From: Candidatus Thorarchaeota archaeon
GTDB lineage: Archaea; Asgardarchaeota; Thorarchaeia; Thorarchaeales; Thorarchaeaceae
DNA length: 64,000 nucleotides
NCBI GenBank assembly: GCA_048882485.1
Contig: JBHLRP010000013.1
Span: 1-64,000 of the forward strand
Direction of reading: 5' to 3'
In this document: piece after piece, positions 49,318-57,969 of the stretch
How positions within the stretch are numbered: position 1 is the stretch's first letter
How the letters are laid out: each line of letters opens with the position of its first letter
The notes under the pieces: generated by a model
Databases searched by the model: none
Told to the model about the DNA's origin: nothing
What the model saw: only the letters and a program-made list of their open reading frames with translations
Position numbers and translations under genes: made by a program

Positions 49318-50154
49318 ATGGCACGGAAATACATCTTTCCATGTGCAGGATATGACCGTCCCGGTGGAGAGGTTTCGAGAACAGCTGCAGAACGATTGGC
49401 TAGAGAACGTGATGATGTTGTCATCGGAAGCATGGGGGCGCTCTTCAAGGAACGCCCTGGCGAGATGCGTGACTTCAGGACCTCTGATGTGTTCTGTCTT
49501 GATGGCTGTGGTACAAACTGCGCCTCAGAACTTGTGCATGCTCGAGGCCGGAATGACATCACAAGTATCTCCATTCCTGAAACTGTAGGTTCAATCGAGG
49601 GCTTTGATGAGAAGGTAAGTCACTTGATTCGACTCGTGACTCATAAATTGGATAGGACAAGACCCAAGGCGGCATCAACTATCACTGTAGAACCTTCACG
49701 CGAGATTGAATATATTGAAGAGAAATTCGACAAGTTCACGCTCAGAGTGGCAAAAGGTCTGAAGTACTCGGACAATGACTTCTGGGTCGGGATTGAAGGA
49801 GAGCTTGTTCGGATAGGAGTGTCAGACTTCCTACAACAGATGATGTCTGACGTGTACTTTGTGGAGCTTGTAGACACTGGCACTCACGTAAACATGTTTG
49901 ATGATGCTGGGGCGATGGAGTCTACAAAGATTCTAGTCGAGATTATAGTCCCTGTGTCAGGGACCATAGTAGAAGTCAATACTTCTCTTGAGGACAGCCC
50001 CGAGTTTATCAATGAGAGTTCGTATGATAAAGGCTGGCTTTACCTCATCGAACCTGATGACCTAGATGAACTAGAACTGCTTAGAGATGCATCTGACTAT
50101 ATGGCACATGCCCTAGCGAAAGCAAAAGAAGAGATCGGAAAAAAGGTGGAATGA
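49318..50154 (+). CDS. DGC zinc-binding domain fused to a GcvH-like lipoyl carrier
   Basis: FPCAG...LDGCGTNCA; then W..RIGVSDF..ESTK (lipoyl Lys)..PVSGTIVEVN..YDKGWL. Confidence 0.85.
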   Translation: MARKYIFPCAGYDRPGGEVSRTAAERLARERDDVVIGSMGALFKERPGEMRDFRTSDVFCLDGCGTNCASELVHARGRNDITSISIPETVGSIEGFDEKVSHLIRLVTHKLDRTRPKAASTITVEPSREIEYIEEKFDKFTLRVAKGLKYSDNDFWVGIEGELVRIGVSDFLQQMMSDVYFVELVDTGTHVNMFDDAGAMESTKILVEIIVPVSGTIVEVNTSLEDSPEFINESSYDKGWLYLIEPDDLDELELLRDASDYMAHALAKAKEEIGKKVE

Positions 50155-50157
50155 AGA

Positions 50158-50541
50158 GTGAAGAGGGTTATAATTCCATGCAGTGGAATCGGAAAGGCAT
50201 TCGGTTCGGTCGCACGAGAAGCAACCTATCTATTGACCGATTCTGAACGCTCTGATGAATACATGACAATCTGTCTTCCATTGTTGATGACAGATGAGGA
50301 GGAGCCCAAGAGGGTGGTAGCGGAATCAGATGCCTACACCATTGACGGCTGTCCAAAGAGATGCGCATCTGTATTAGTCAGACACGTTGGGGGAAAGCCT
50401 GTCATGGAGATAATGACACCTAAGGTTCTAGCAGAGAAAAAGGAACACAAGCCCGAAACTGTCCTCGATATAGGCGTAGGCGGTCAGCTTCTTGCAAAAG
50501 ACATCATGAGGCTGATTCTGAATCATGGAGGGTCTGAGTGA
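50158..50541 (+). CDS. DGC domain protein
   Basis: IPCSG, ICLP, IDGCPKRCA. Confidence 0.85.
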   Translation: MKRVIIPCSGIGKAFGSVAREATYLLTDSERSDEYMTICLPLLMTDEEEPKRVVAESDAYTIDGCPKRCASVLVRHVGGKPVMEIMTPKVLAEKKEHKPETVLDIGVGGQLLAKDIMRLILNHGGSE

Positions 50542-50945
50542 TGACATTCAAGCCTAAGGTCGGACTCATCTCATGCAGCGGTGAAGCTTGCTCAGGTGGA
50601 AATATCTCTCGAGCCGCAACGCTTGAGGTCTTGCATCACTTGAAACCAACAGAAACAGTAACAATATGCCTCCCTCTATTCCTGGCCGGAGATGAGGCAG
50701 AACGGGACTTTGCAAAGAACTTTCCTACGATTACTATTGATGGATGTGACAAACTCTGCGCGGCAAAGGGTACAGCGAGATATAGTAGCGAACCAGCTAT
50801 AACGATCAACCTAGAAGATTATCTGGGGCGCTCCTGCATGGGTGTTGATGAAAGATGGAGAGTAGAACAGAGTGGTGAGATTGTTGAGAGAATCGCCCAG
50901 GACATCGCATCACATGTTGACAGTCTAAGGGAAGAGTGGAGGTGA
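50538..50945 (+). CDS. DGC domain protein
   Basis: ISCSGEAC, ICLP, IDGCDKLCA. Confidence 0.85.
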   Translation: MMTFKPKVGLISCSGEACSGGNISRAATLEVLHHLKPTETVTICLPLFLAGDEAERDFAKNFPTITIDGCDKLCAAKGTARYSSEPAITINLEDYLGRSCMGVDERWRVEQSGEIVERIAQDIASHVDSLREEWR

Positions 50946-51226
50946 TAGATGTGTCTGATAAGATTCCGGTATTGGTGTTCCTCGCAGATGGTGTTTGTGG
51001 TTGTAGCCAGACTGGCTTTCTCGGACGGGTATATGAAGCAGTAAGAAAGTATAGAGATGTAGTGGATTATAGGGAGTACACAGCCGGAAGTGAAGCTGCA
51101 AAGCGTTATAGTATAGGCTACCGTGGCGTGGTTGTTGGGAATCAATCACTTGGAAGCAATCCCACAACATCCAGACTGGAGGAAGCTATTCTTAGAGAAA
51201 TCGAGAGCCGAGGTATCAATGCATAA
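50936..51226 (+). CDS. Thioredoxin-fold protein with CxC motif
   Basis: VLVF..GVCGC...AKRYSI..GVVV..PTTSRLEEAI. Confidence 0.6.
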   Translation: MEVIDVSDKIPVLVFLADGVCGCSQTGFLGRVYEAVRKYRDVVDYREYTAGSEAAKRYSIGYRGVVVGNQSLGSNPTTSRLEEAILREIESRGINA

Positions 51227-51376
51227 TAAGATTACACAATAGATAGTCCATGCATCGGGAGCACCGATATATAGATAAATTGATTTATCGAGATAAACAG
51301 TCCCCTTGACAATCGCACGGCATGGGACAGGCTTGCCGAACTAGAAGCAGGCGAGATTTCAATGTGAAGTGTTAGT

Positions 51377-51673
51377 ATGATGATTGATAGGAAGACTGAA
51401 TGGCGAGTCCATTTTCATAAAGCTCTAAGCAACCCTGAACGTCTAAGAATAATTGACTTCCTTGCAGATGGAGAACAATGTCAGTGTGACATCTTTCCTC
51501 AGATTGGACTATCTCAGTCAACGGTTTCTGCATATCTGACTCAGCTCGTGAGAGCTGGTATTCTGAGTGTGAGACGTGATGGTACCAGGAAGCTCTACAG
51601 TCTCAGTGACCCGAGGATCCGTCGGATGATTGATGACATTCATGCTATTGCTGCTGAGATGACAGCAAGGTGA
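51377..51673 (+). CDS. arsR: ArsR/SmtB family repressor
   Basis: KALSNPERLRII..GEQCQCDI..SQSTVSAYL..RRDG..YSL. Confidence 0.9.
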   Translation: MMIDRKTEWRVHFHKALSNPERLRIIDFLADGEQCQCDIFPQIGLSQSTVSAYLTQLVRAGILSVRRDGTRKLYSLSDPRIRRMIDDIHAIAAEMTAR

Positions 51674-51759
51674 CCTAAGAACACGGATGAGATATGCATC
51701 TCCTATCCAACTGCAGACAGATGCTTGACTTGCCGGCATCTGGGTTGTGAAGTGGTATT

Positions 51760-52368
51760 ATGAACGACAAGAGTCAAGCTGGAGTCCTAACAGAATCCAC
51801 ACACGAAACAGATGGCTCGCAAAGGATACGGAGCATCATTGAGCTTCGACATGGCTCCAAGATTACTATTGAATCATTATGGAAACCGAGTGAAGACGAG
51901 TCGCGACTTGTTAAGACTAACACATCATTCCGCATCGGCGACCTGTCCATAACTCTGCCAAGAGCTCCTACACTACGGGCTCACTCTTGTTTCATCAAGA
52001 AGGGGTTTGGCGACAACCTGGAATCTCTTTCCAGCACTAGAACAACCGACACTTCGCTGAAAAGGGTGAAGAGAGTTCACATGGTGACCCGATATGACGG
52101 TGTCGGAGTGTTCTTGGACTCACTATCAGCTGCCTTTTGGGCGGGTGACTGTAGATGGGTAAAAGAGGTTTCTGTGGAAACAGCGGCCTTTGTTCTCAAG
52201 ACTGACAGAAACAGCGTGATAGAGAGTGCCACAGCGGCTTCGAGAGAAACTTGGGAAGCAATCGATACGGTTTTGTCGATCATTTCAATTGCGAATCAAC
52301 TCAGTTGCCGTATTGGTGACATGGGCATCACCCTCGAGGAGCTAAATGCGAAGAGATTCGCTGTCTGA
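51760..52368 (+). CDS. Hypothetical protein
   Basis: 202-aa ORF in operon orientation; no motif recognised. Confidence 0.45.
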   Translation: MNDKSQAGVLTESTHETDGSQRIRSIIELRHGSKITIESLWKPSEDESRLVKTNTSFRIGDLSITLPRAPTLRAHSCFIKKGFGDNLESLSSTRTTDTSLKRVKRVHMVTRYDGVGVFLDSLSAAFWAGDCRWVKEVSVETAAFVLKTDRNSVIESATAASRETWEAIDTVLSIISIANQLSCRIGDMGITLEELNAKRFAV

Positions 52369-52684
52369 ATTGAAAATTAACGGCTTATGTCTTCTTCCAA
52401 ATTCTGTTTGACCGTTCATTTCTAGTTTGTCCAAGCTCAATGTGGCTGTTGGCAATCCTTTGCAGTCAATGAATTCAATGTCTGTGTACCCACTGGGCAT
52501 CCAGCGATGTTTCACTATCTCCCGAAACATTGATTTATTGAGATTGTCCGGTTATTTGACATGTATCCTTCGAGCTGGCAAGAATCTATTCCCTTGTCTT
52601 TGTGGTTGTTCTCAAAGTCCTCAGCATTGAGGACTAGAACACCCTCCTCATCCCCAATAGGGCCTTTTCTGGGGGAGGATAGCA

Positions 52685-53404
52685 ATGAAAGACTTTGAAT
52701 TCCCATGCGTGGTATGCGGGAAGCCACTGCATGAAACCGAAGGCGAGGTTCTCTCATGTAGTTACTGCGGACAGGATGAAAAGAGTGATCTCACCTGTGA
52801 GGATTCCCACTTTATTTGCGAGTCTTGTCGTACCTGTACCCCAACAGAAGCAATTCTCAAGACATGTATGGCCACACAATCAGACGACTCTCTGTTACTT
52901 GCGAATCTCTTGATGCATCATCCAGCAATTCCAATGTCCGGTCCAGAACACCATCTTTTGGTTCCAGCAATCCTACTGACAGTGGCACACAATGCTGGAC
53001 GCAAGATGACCCTCGAATCTCGATTGCGCCAGGCATTGAAACGTGCAAATAGATTCGGACTTGGCAGTTGCGCAAGTATGGGCGCCTGCGGAGCGGCGAT
53101 GGGCGTTCCAATCGCAGTCAGTCTATTGGTGAGTGCCGACTACACCAAACCAAAGGAGCGTAAGAGTGTCCTTGATGCCTCCGCTTCCGCCGTGATTGCG
53201 ACTGCCAATCTACCAGCGGGGAGGTGCTGCAAAGCATCAGTGTACTCATCCCTCGATGTTGGCACAACCTACCTCATAAAAGAACTGGGCATAGAGGTTA
53301 CGCCCATGTCAAGTCCGATTTGCCAGTTTAAGGAGCACAATCCAGAGTGCCTGAAGATGGAGTGTCCATTTTTCGGGCAGAGTTCATCAAATGGTGACAT
53401 ATAG
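52685..53404 (+). CDS. DUF5714 protein with N-terminal zinc ribbon
   Basis: CVVCG..CSYCG..C..HFICESC; GPEHH, CASMGACGA, RCCK, C..N.EC...CPF. Confidence 0.8.
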   Translation: MKDFEFPCVVCGKPLHETEGEVLSCSYCGQDEKSDLTCEDSHFICESCRTCTPTEAILKTCMATQSDDSLLLANLLMHHPAIPMSGPEHHLLVPAILLTVAHNAGRKMTLESRLRQALKRANRFGLGSCASMGACGAAMGVPIAVSLLVSADYTKPKERKSVLDASASAVIATANLPAGRCCKASVYSSLDVGTTYLIKELGIEVTPMSSPICQFKEHNPECLKMECPFFGQSSSNGDI

Positions 53405-54486
53405 TGACATCATTATCAGAAGTCCGGCTTTATGGAGGCCCTAATCCAGGTGGTGTATGGGACGTTGCCTTGGATGAGGCTCTTCTTCGTACCACCTGCG
53501 AGGACCAAGGACCTCTCACAATACGAATCTGGCAAAGCACAAGTCCTGCACTAATACTCCCACGGAGCCCGCTGCCCAAGGAGGAAGCCCTCATTCGGTA
53601 CTGCACTTCAGAAAGTATCCACATGACACGGGCAATCAGTGGTCGGAGACCACTTATGCTTGGTCAAGGAGTTCTGAATCTCTCACTGGTTGACAAATCA
53701 ACTGCTTTGAAATCCGGAAGCCTAGAGGCAGAGGTTGCTGAGCTGCTCTCTCCGCTCCTAGATGGAATTCGCTCGGTGTTCTCTTTAAGTGAGCTGACCT
53801 TTGAACAAGGCTATCTCCTTAGTGAAACCTCAGCTTTTGGCATGTACAACACTTCATATTATTTCGACTATCTACTGATTCAGGGCATGATCATTCTTCA
53901 TGCTAATAAGCACCCGACGGCCCTCATGACTTCAAGAGATGGGGTTCATATTAGACCTCTGGATCAGATTCATTCTGATGCTTCAAATGCTCGTTTCATT
54001 GATTCCATTATACAGTCCATTTCAGAGAATTATGGAGTACAGCTGAACATGGTGGTAGCCAGTGCCCGAGAGACCGATCTCATGAATGAACTCTATCAAT
54101 GGAAATACACCAATGATGATTGGGTATACCATCAATCAGAACCGCTGGCATTGGGCCGAGTACTTTTGGAAGGTTATCTTGCGTATCCACCTACAGCTCG
54201 ATGCCGCACAATAATGGCAATTATCGATGACATATCACAGAAATACAGCGACAAGGTGGAGTGTCGGATATGGCTTCGAGGAAAAGGCCTAATCTCATGG
54301 CTTAAGGGCATTCCTCCTGGTCTACGTCCTAGTGGTGGAGTAGTCCAAGCCTCCAAGAAGAACATTGTGCCAGCGATAGTAGTTGAAGGGAAAATAACAC
54401 ATGAACGGATAGTTCCCATTTATGATGACCTCTGTAGAATTGTTGAGGAGGCACATGATGCGGCATTTGGTGGCATCTCGAAATGA
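53404..54486 (+). CDS. Degenerate lipoate-ligase domain fused to a thioredoxin-like domain
   Basis: ALDEALL..IRIWQ, but RAISGRR replaces RRxSGGG and there is no catalytic Lys; C-terminal PPTARC...PAIVVEG. Confidence 0.7.
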   Translation: MTSLSEVRLYGGPNPGGVWDVALDEALLRTTCEDQGPLTIRIWQSTSPALILPRSPLPKEEALIRYCTSESIHMTRAISGRRPLMLGQGVLNLSLVDKSTALKSGSLEAEVAELLSPLLDGIRSVFSLSELTFEQGYLLSETSAFGMYNTSYYFDYLLIQGMIILHANKHPTALMTSRDGVHIRPLDQIHSDASNARFIDSIIQSISENYGVQLNMVVASARETDLMNELYQWKYTNDDWVYHQSEPLALGRVLLEGYLAYPPTARCRTIMAIIDDISQKYSDKVECRIWLRGKGLISWLKGIPPGLRPSGGVVQASKKNIVPAIVVEGKITHERIVPIYDDLCRIVEEAHDAAFGGISK

Positions 54487-55256
54487 TGAACTCGAAGTGG
54501 CGTGTTGTGATCTCAAAGGAAACTGACCCACAGTGGAACATCGCTCTCGATGAGGCAATACTGAGAGGCGTTATCGACGACGGTTCACCAAACACCATTC
54601 GTGTTTGGCAAAACTCTAGATCAGTTATAATGGGCCGTAGTCAAGATGTGAGAGCAGAGGTAAACACAGAATTGTGTAATGAACTTGGCATCCCTATCAT
54701 TAGGCGTTGCAGTGGTGGAGGAACTGTGTATATGGACCTTGGAAACTACAACTACTCAATCACTGCAGTTACCACAACTATCACCGAAGCGAATTCAATT
54801 CCCGATGTTACTCGTTTCCTGTGTTCAGCCATTATCGATTTATTATCCCAATTAGGTTGTAATCCAAGGTTTGTACCCCCCTCTAGTGTCTTCATTGAAG
54901 ATTGGAAAGTTTCTGGGTCTGCTCAATACTATCTTTATGAAGGCATTCTTCATCATGGCACACTACTGGTTGACTCTGACCTAGATATGATGCAGAAGGT
55001 CCTAAGCCCAAATTCAGAGCTTGCACATAGACTTGGGACTGTTCCAAGTATCCCGAATCCTGTAGCAAACATATCTCTCCTGCTTGGAAAAGAGATTCAC
55101 TCCCAAGATATTGAGAAACGATTAGTCGGGTCACTCACGAAACTATTGGGAAAAAACTGCTGGAAAATGGAATCAATCAGTGAGAGTGAAAACGAACTTG
55201 CCCAGATACTGGTTGAAACCAAATACTCTGACACTAGCTGGTTATCAGGAACATAG
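54483..55256 (+). CDS. lplA: Lipoate--protein ligase/octanoyltransferase catalytic domain
   Basis: NIALDEAIL, RRCSGGGTVY, KVSGSAQ, HHGTLL. Confidence 0.9.
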   Translation: MMNSKWRVVISKETDPQWNIALDEAILRGVIDDGSPNTIRVWQNSRSVIMGRSQDVRAEVNTELCNELGIPIIRRCSGGGTVYMDLGNYNYSITAVTTTITEANSIPDVTRFLCSAIIDLLSQLGCNPRFVPPSSVFIEDWKVSGSAQYYLYEGILHHGTLLVDSDLDMMQKVLSPNSELAHRLGTVPSIPNPVANISLLLGKEIHSQDIEKRLVGSLTKLLGKNCWKMESISESENELAQILVETKYSDTSWLSGT

Positions 55257-55563
55257 CAACATCAATTAGACTATCTGTATTATCTGGGAGATTCAGAGGA
55301 GGATTAGCAAGCAAATGTGAGAGATATCAAGCACGCTTTCCTACCTGTGGTGGTGTTCCTCAAATCGCGGTCTTGACTCCAAAGGGTTACTCCTTCAAAA
55401 AACAGCCCGAAGGAGTTCTTGTATAATCCATAACCAGTTATCTGACTGCGTAGCTTCCATTGGTTAGCTGCCTCCAAATAATTATCCTGCAACTCGAAGG
55501 CGTAACTTATGAATTGGAGAGATGTCCATGCGAATTAGACTGACAAATTCACCGACCAAACTT

Positions 55564-55607
55564 CATTTGCATGGGTTTAGGGTGCGGACAAAGTCTTTAG
55601 GCGCGAA
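55564..55607 (-). repeat. Right copy of 44-bp inverted repeat
   Basis: CATTTGCATGGGTTTAG-GGTGCGG-ACAAAGTCTTTAGGCGCGAA. Confidence 0.9.
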
Positions 55608-55639
55608 TACCTTAGCATTGTGCTGCTCGAAATCAATGG

Positions 55640-56986
55640 GTGGACATAATGACTGATGAATTGGTTCCCAAAGACCTGCGTAGGCAGTATTCAAGGGAAG
55701 AGATTCTTGAGATTGAGAAGGAACACATGGCTCCTGCAGTGGCCCATTATTATGCAGATCCAGTGCTCCTTGTGAATGGAGAAGGAGCTACTCTTGAGGA
55801 CAGCTCTGGAAAACAATACATAGACTTGTTCGCAGGCATCTGCACAACAATTACAGGATACAATCATCCCAAATTTGTGGCTACCATAAAGTGGCAAGCT
55901 GAAAGACTTGTCTATACTAGTTCAATGTATGCGACAATTCCCTACGCAGTACTTGTGAAACGACTCGCAAAGATTTCCCCAGTTGGCCTTACTCAGTCTT
56001 TCATTGTCAACAGTGGCTCTGAGGCCAATGAAGCTGCACTCTTCATGGCGCGGAAATACACAAACAATCCGTACATTGTTGCATGCTTGCGAGGCTATCA
56101 CGGACGGACTACCCTCACGAGAGAGATATCAAGTGCTGGATGGCGCACTGTTCCTGAAAGTCATCCATCAGGTGTGCGATTTACTCCATATGGATACTGT
56201 TTTCGTTGCCATTTCGGAAAGGAGTATCCAGATTGTGATTTTGAATGCGCCCGCTATCTCAAAGAGGTCGTGCGAACTCAGACCAATAACGCAATTGCCG
56301 CCTTCATTTCTGAACCGATTCAGGGAGTCGGGGGGATCATACAACCACCCTCAGAGTACTTCCGTATTGTGCACGAAATCGTGAAGGAGTATGGCGGCCT
56401 CTACATCTCAGATGAGGTTCAGACAGGATTTGGCAGAACTGGGGATAAATGGTGGGGAATACAACATGCCGGAGTCGATCCTGACATCATAACCCTTGCA
56501 AAGGGCTTCGGTAGTGGTATTCCTGTGGCTGGCTTCATCACGAGTCCCGAGCTTGTACAGGACTTCGTCATAACCGATGCATTCGCAACTTATGGGGGGA
56601 ATCCCTTGTCTTGTGCAGCAGCTGTAGCCGTCATTGAAATCATCGAAGAGAGTAATTACTTGGAGAAAGCCGCGAAACTTGGAAAGGAATTCAAGAAGAA
56701 ACTAAAGAGTTTAGAAGAAGATCACAAATTGGTTGGAGAGGTGCGCGGACAAGGAATGATGCTGGGAGTAGAACTCATTCGGGATGAAGCCACAAAAGAA
56801 CCAGCTGTGGACGAGATGATACAGGTCATGGAGCTTACCAAGAACAACGGCCTCTTGGTGGGTAAAGGAGGACTAGATGGTAACGTTATCAGAATACAAC
56901 CTCCACTTGAACTTACGGCCGAGCAAATCGACAAGTCTTATGAAATCTTGGATGAAGTCTTCTCTGAAATAGAGAAGAAGATGTGA
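55640..56986 (+). CDS. Class III PLP aminotransferase (probably beta-alanine aminotransferase, PydD-like)
   Basis: SGSEANE, YHGRT, EPIQGVGG, DEVQTGFGRTG, AKG; pyrimidine-catabolism context. Confidence 0.85.
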   Translation: MDIMTDELVPKDLRRQYSREEILEIEKEHMAPAVAHYYADPVLLVNGEGATLEDSSGKQYIDLFAGICTTITGYNHPKFVATIKWQAERLVYTSSMYATIPYAVLVKRLAKISPVGLTQSFIVNSGSEANEAALFMARKYTNNPYIVACLRGYHGRTTLTREISSAGWRTVPESHPSGVRFTPYGYCFRCHFGKEYPDCDFECARYLKEVVRTQTNNAIAAFISEPIQGVGGIIQPPSEYFRIVHEIVKEYGGLYISDEVQTGFGRTGDKWWGIQHAGVDPDIITLAKGFGSGIPVAGFITSPELVQDFVITDAFATYGGNPLSCAAAVAVIEIIEESNYLEKAAKLGKEFKKKLKSLEEDHKLVGEVRGQGMMLGVELIRDEATKEPAVDEMIQVMELTKNNGLLVGKGGLDGNVIRIQPPLELTAEQIDKSYEILDEVFSEIEKKM

Positions 56987-56993
56987 TGTAACT

Positions 56994-57860
56994 TCAGATA
57001 TCAGTGAGACTCCCATAGCTGTCTGGCCTTCGGTCTCTATAGAACTGCCAGACATTTCGGACTTCCCGAATCATATCCAAGTCTATATCAGCGACAACAA
57101 GTTCTTCCTTGTCGCGTGTCCCTTGAGCCACAATCTGCCCACGTGGATCAGCGACATATGAGCTGCCATAGAAAGCTCCGGTCTTCCATGGCTCTTCACC
57201 AACTCTATTAATTGCTGCAATGAAGTAGCCGTTTGCTACGGCATGAGCGGGCTGCTCGATTGTCCACAGATGCTCGGACAATCCTGCAACAGTGGCAGAT
57301 GGATTGAACACAATCTCTGCTCCATTCAATCCAAGTGCCCGGGCTCCTTCTGGGAAGTGCCGATCATAGCAGATATACAAACCAATTCTGGCAACGGCTG
57401 TCTTAAAGACTGGATATCCAAGATTTCCAGGTCGGAAATAGAACTTCTCTTTGAAACCTGGCTCAATCTGAGGAATGTGCGTCTTCCTGTATTTGCCCAG
57501 GATTGTCCCATCGGAGTCTATAACGATGGCTGTATTGTAGTAGATACCAACATCTTCCTCTTCATACATTGGCGCAATCAGAATGAAACCATGTTCTTTT
57601 GCCACTTCACACATTCGCTCACTCAAAGGCCCAGGAATTGGTTCTGCATATTTGTACCACTTTGGGTCTTGTTCAGCACAGAAATAGGGGCCATAGAATA
57701 GCTCCTGAAAACAAAGAATCTGGACTTTCTGCTGCACGGCGATATCAGCAAACCCTTCATGCTTACGTATCATCTTCTCAACGTTTTCTTCGATTTTTCC
57801 TTCGTCTTTGACATCGCCTTCCCATTGGGCCTGAACTAGACCGATGCGTACACTTCTCAT
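56994..57860 (-). CDS. Beta-ureidopropionase (nitrilase family)
   Basis: QELF, YRKTHIP, EKFYF, ICYDRHFPE. Confidence 0.9.
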   Translation of the reverse strand: MRSVRIGLVQAQWEGDVKDEGKIEENVEKMIRKHEGFADIAVQQKVQILCFQELFYGPYFCAEQDPKWYKYAEPIPGPLSERMCEVAKEHGFILIAPMYEEEDVGIYYNTAIVIDSDGTILGKYRKTHIPQIEPGFKEKFYFRPGNLGYPVFKTAVARIGLYICYDRHFPEGARALGLNGAEIVFNPSATVAGLSEHLWTIEQPAHAVANGYFIAAINRVGEEPWKTGAFYGSSYVADPRGQIVAQGTRDKEELVVADIDLDMIREVRNVWQFYRDRRPDSYGSLTDI

Positions 57861-57969
57861 TGATACCGCTCCAAAGCCTTGTGTAAATTGGACTGTAGTT
57901 CAATCACCTAATAGGAGTTTCCTAAATCGATTTATGGTAGCGGCCCTAGTAGTTTACGGAGGTCTTTCC

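Larger units (their letters stand above)
45626..55607. mobile_element. Putative degenerate integrative island carrying arsenic/lipoyl cargo
   Basis: Flanking inverted repeats, integrase remnant just inside the left end, interrupts the pyrimidine catabolism cluster. Confidence 0.6.

Noticed and set aside
49318-50154. Ordinary glycine cleavage system
   Set aside because: No gcvP, gcvT or lpd in the window, and the H domain is fused to DGC
46311-55256. Selenocysteine (in-frame TGA) recoding in the redox cluster
   Set aside because: The Cys motifs I checked are complete within the open frames, and I saw no TGA at a catalytic position
55304-55492. 62-aa minus-strand ORF at the island right end
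   Set aside because: No recognisable motif or RBS; at most an unidentifiable gene fragment
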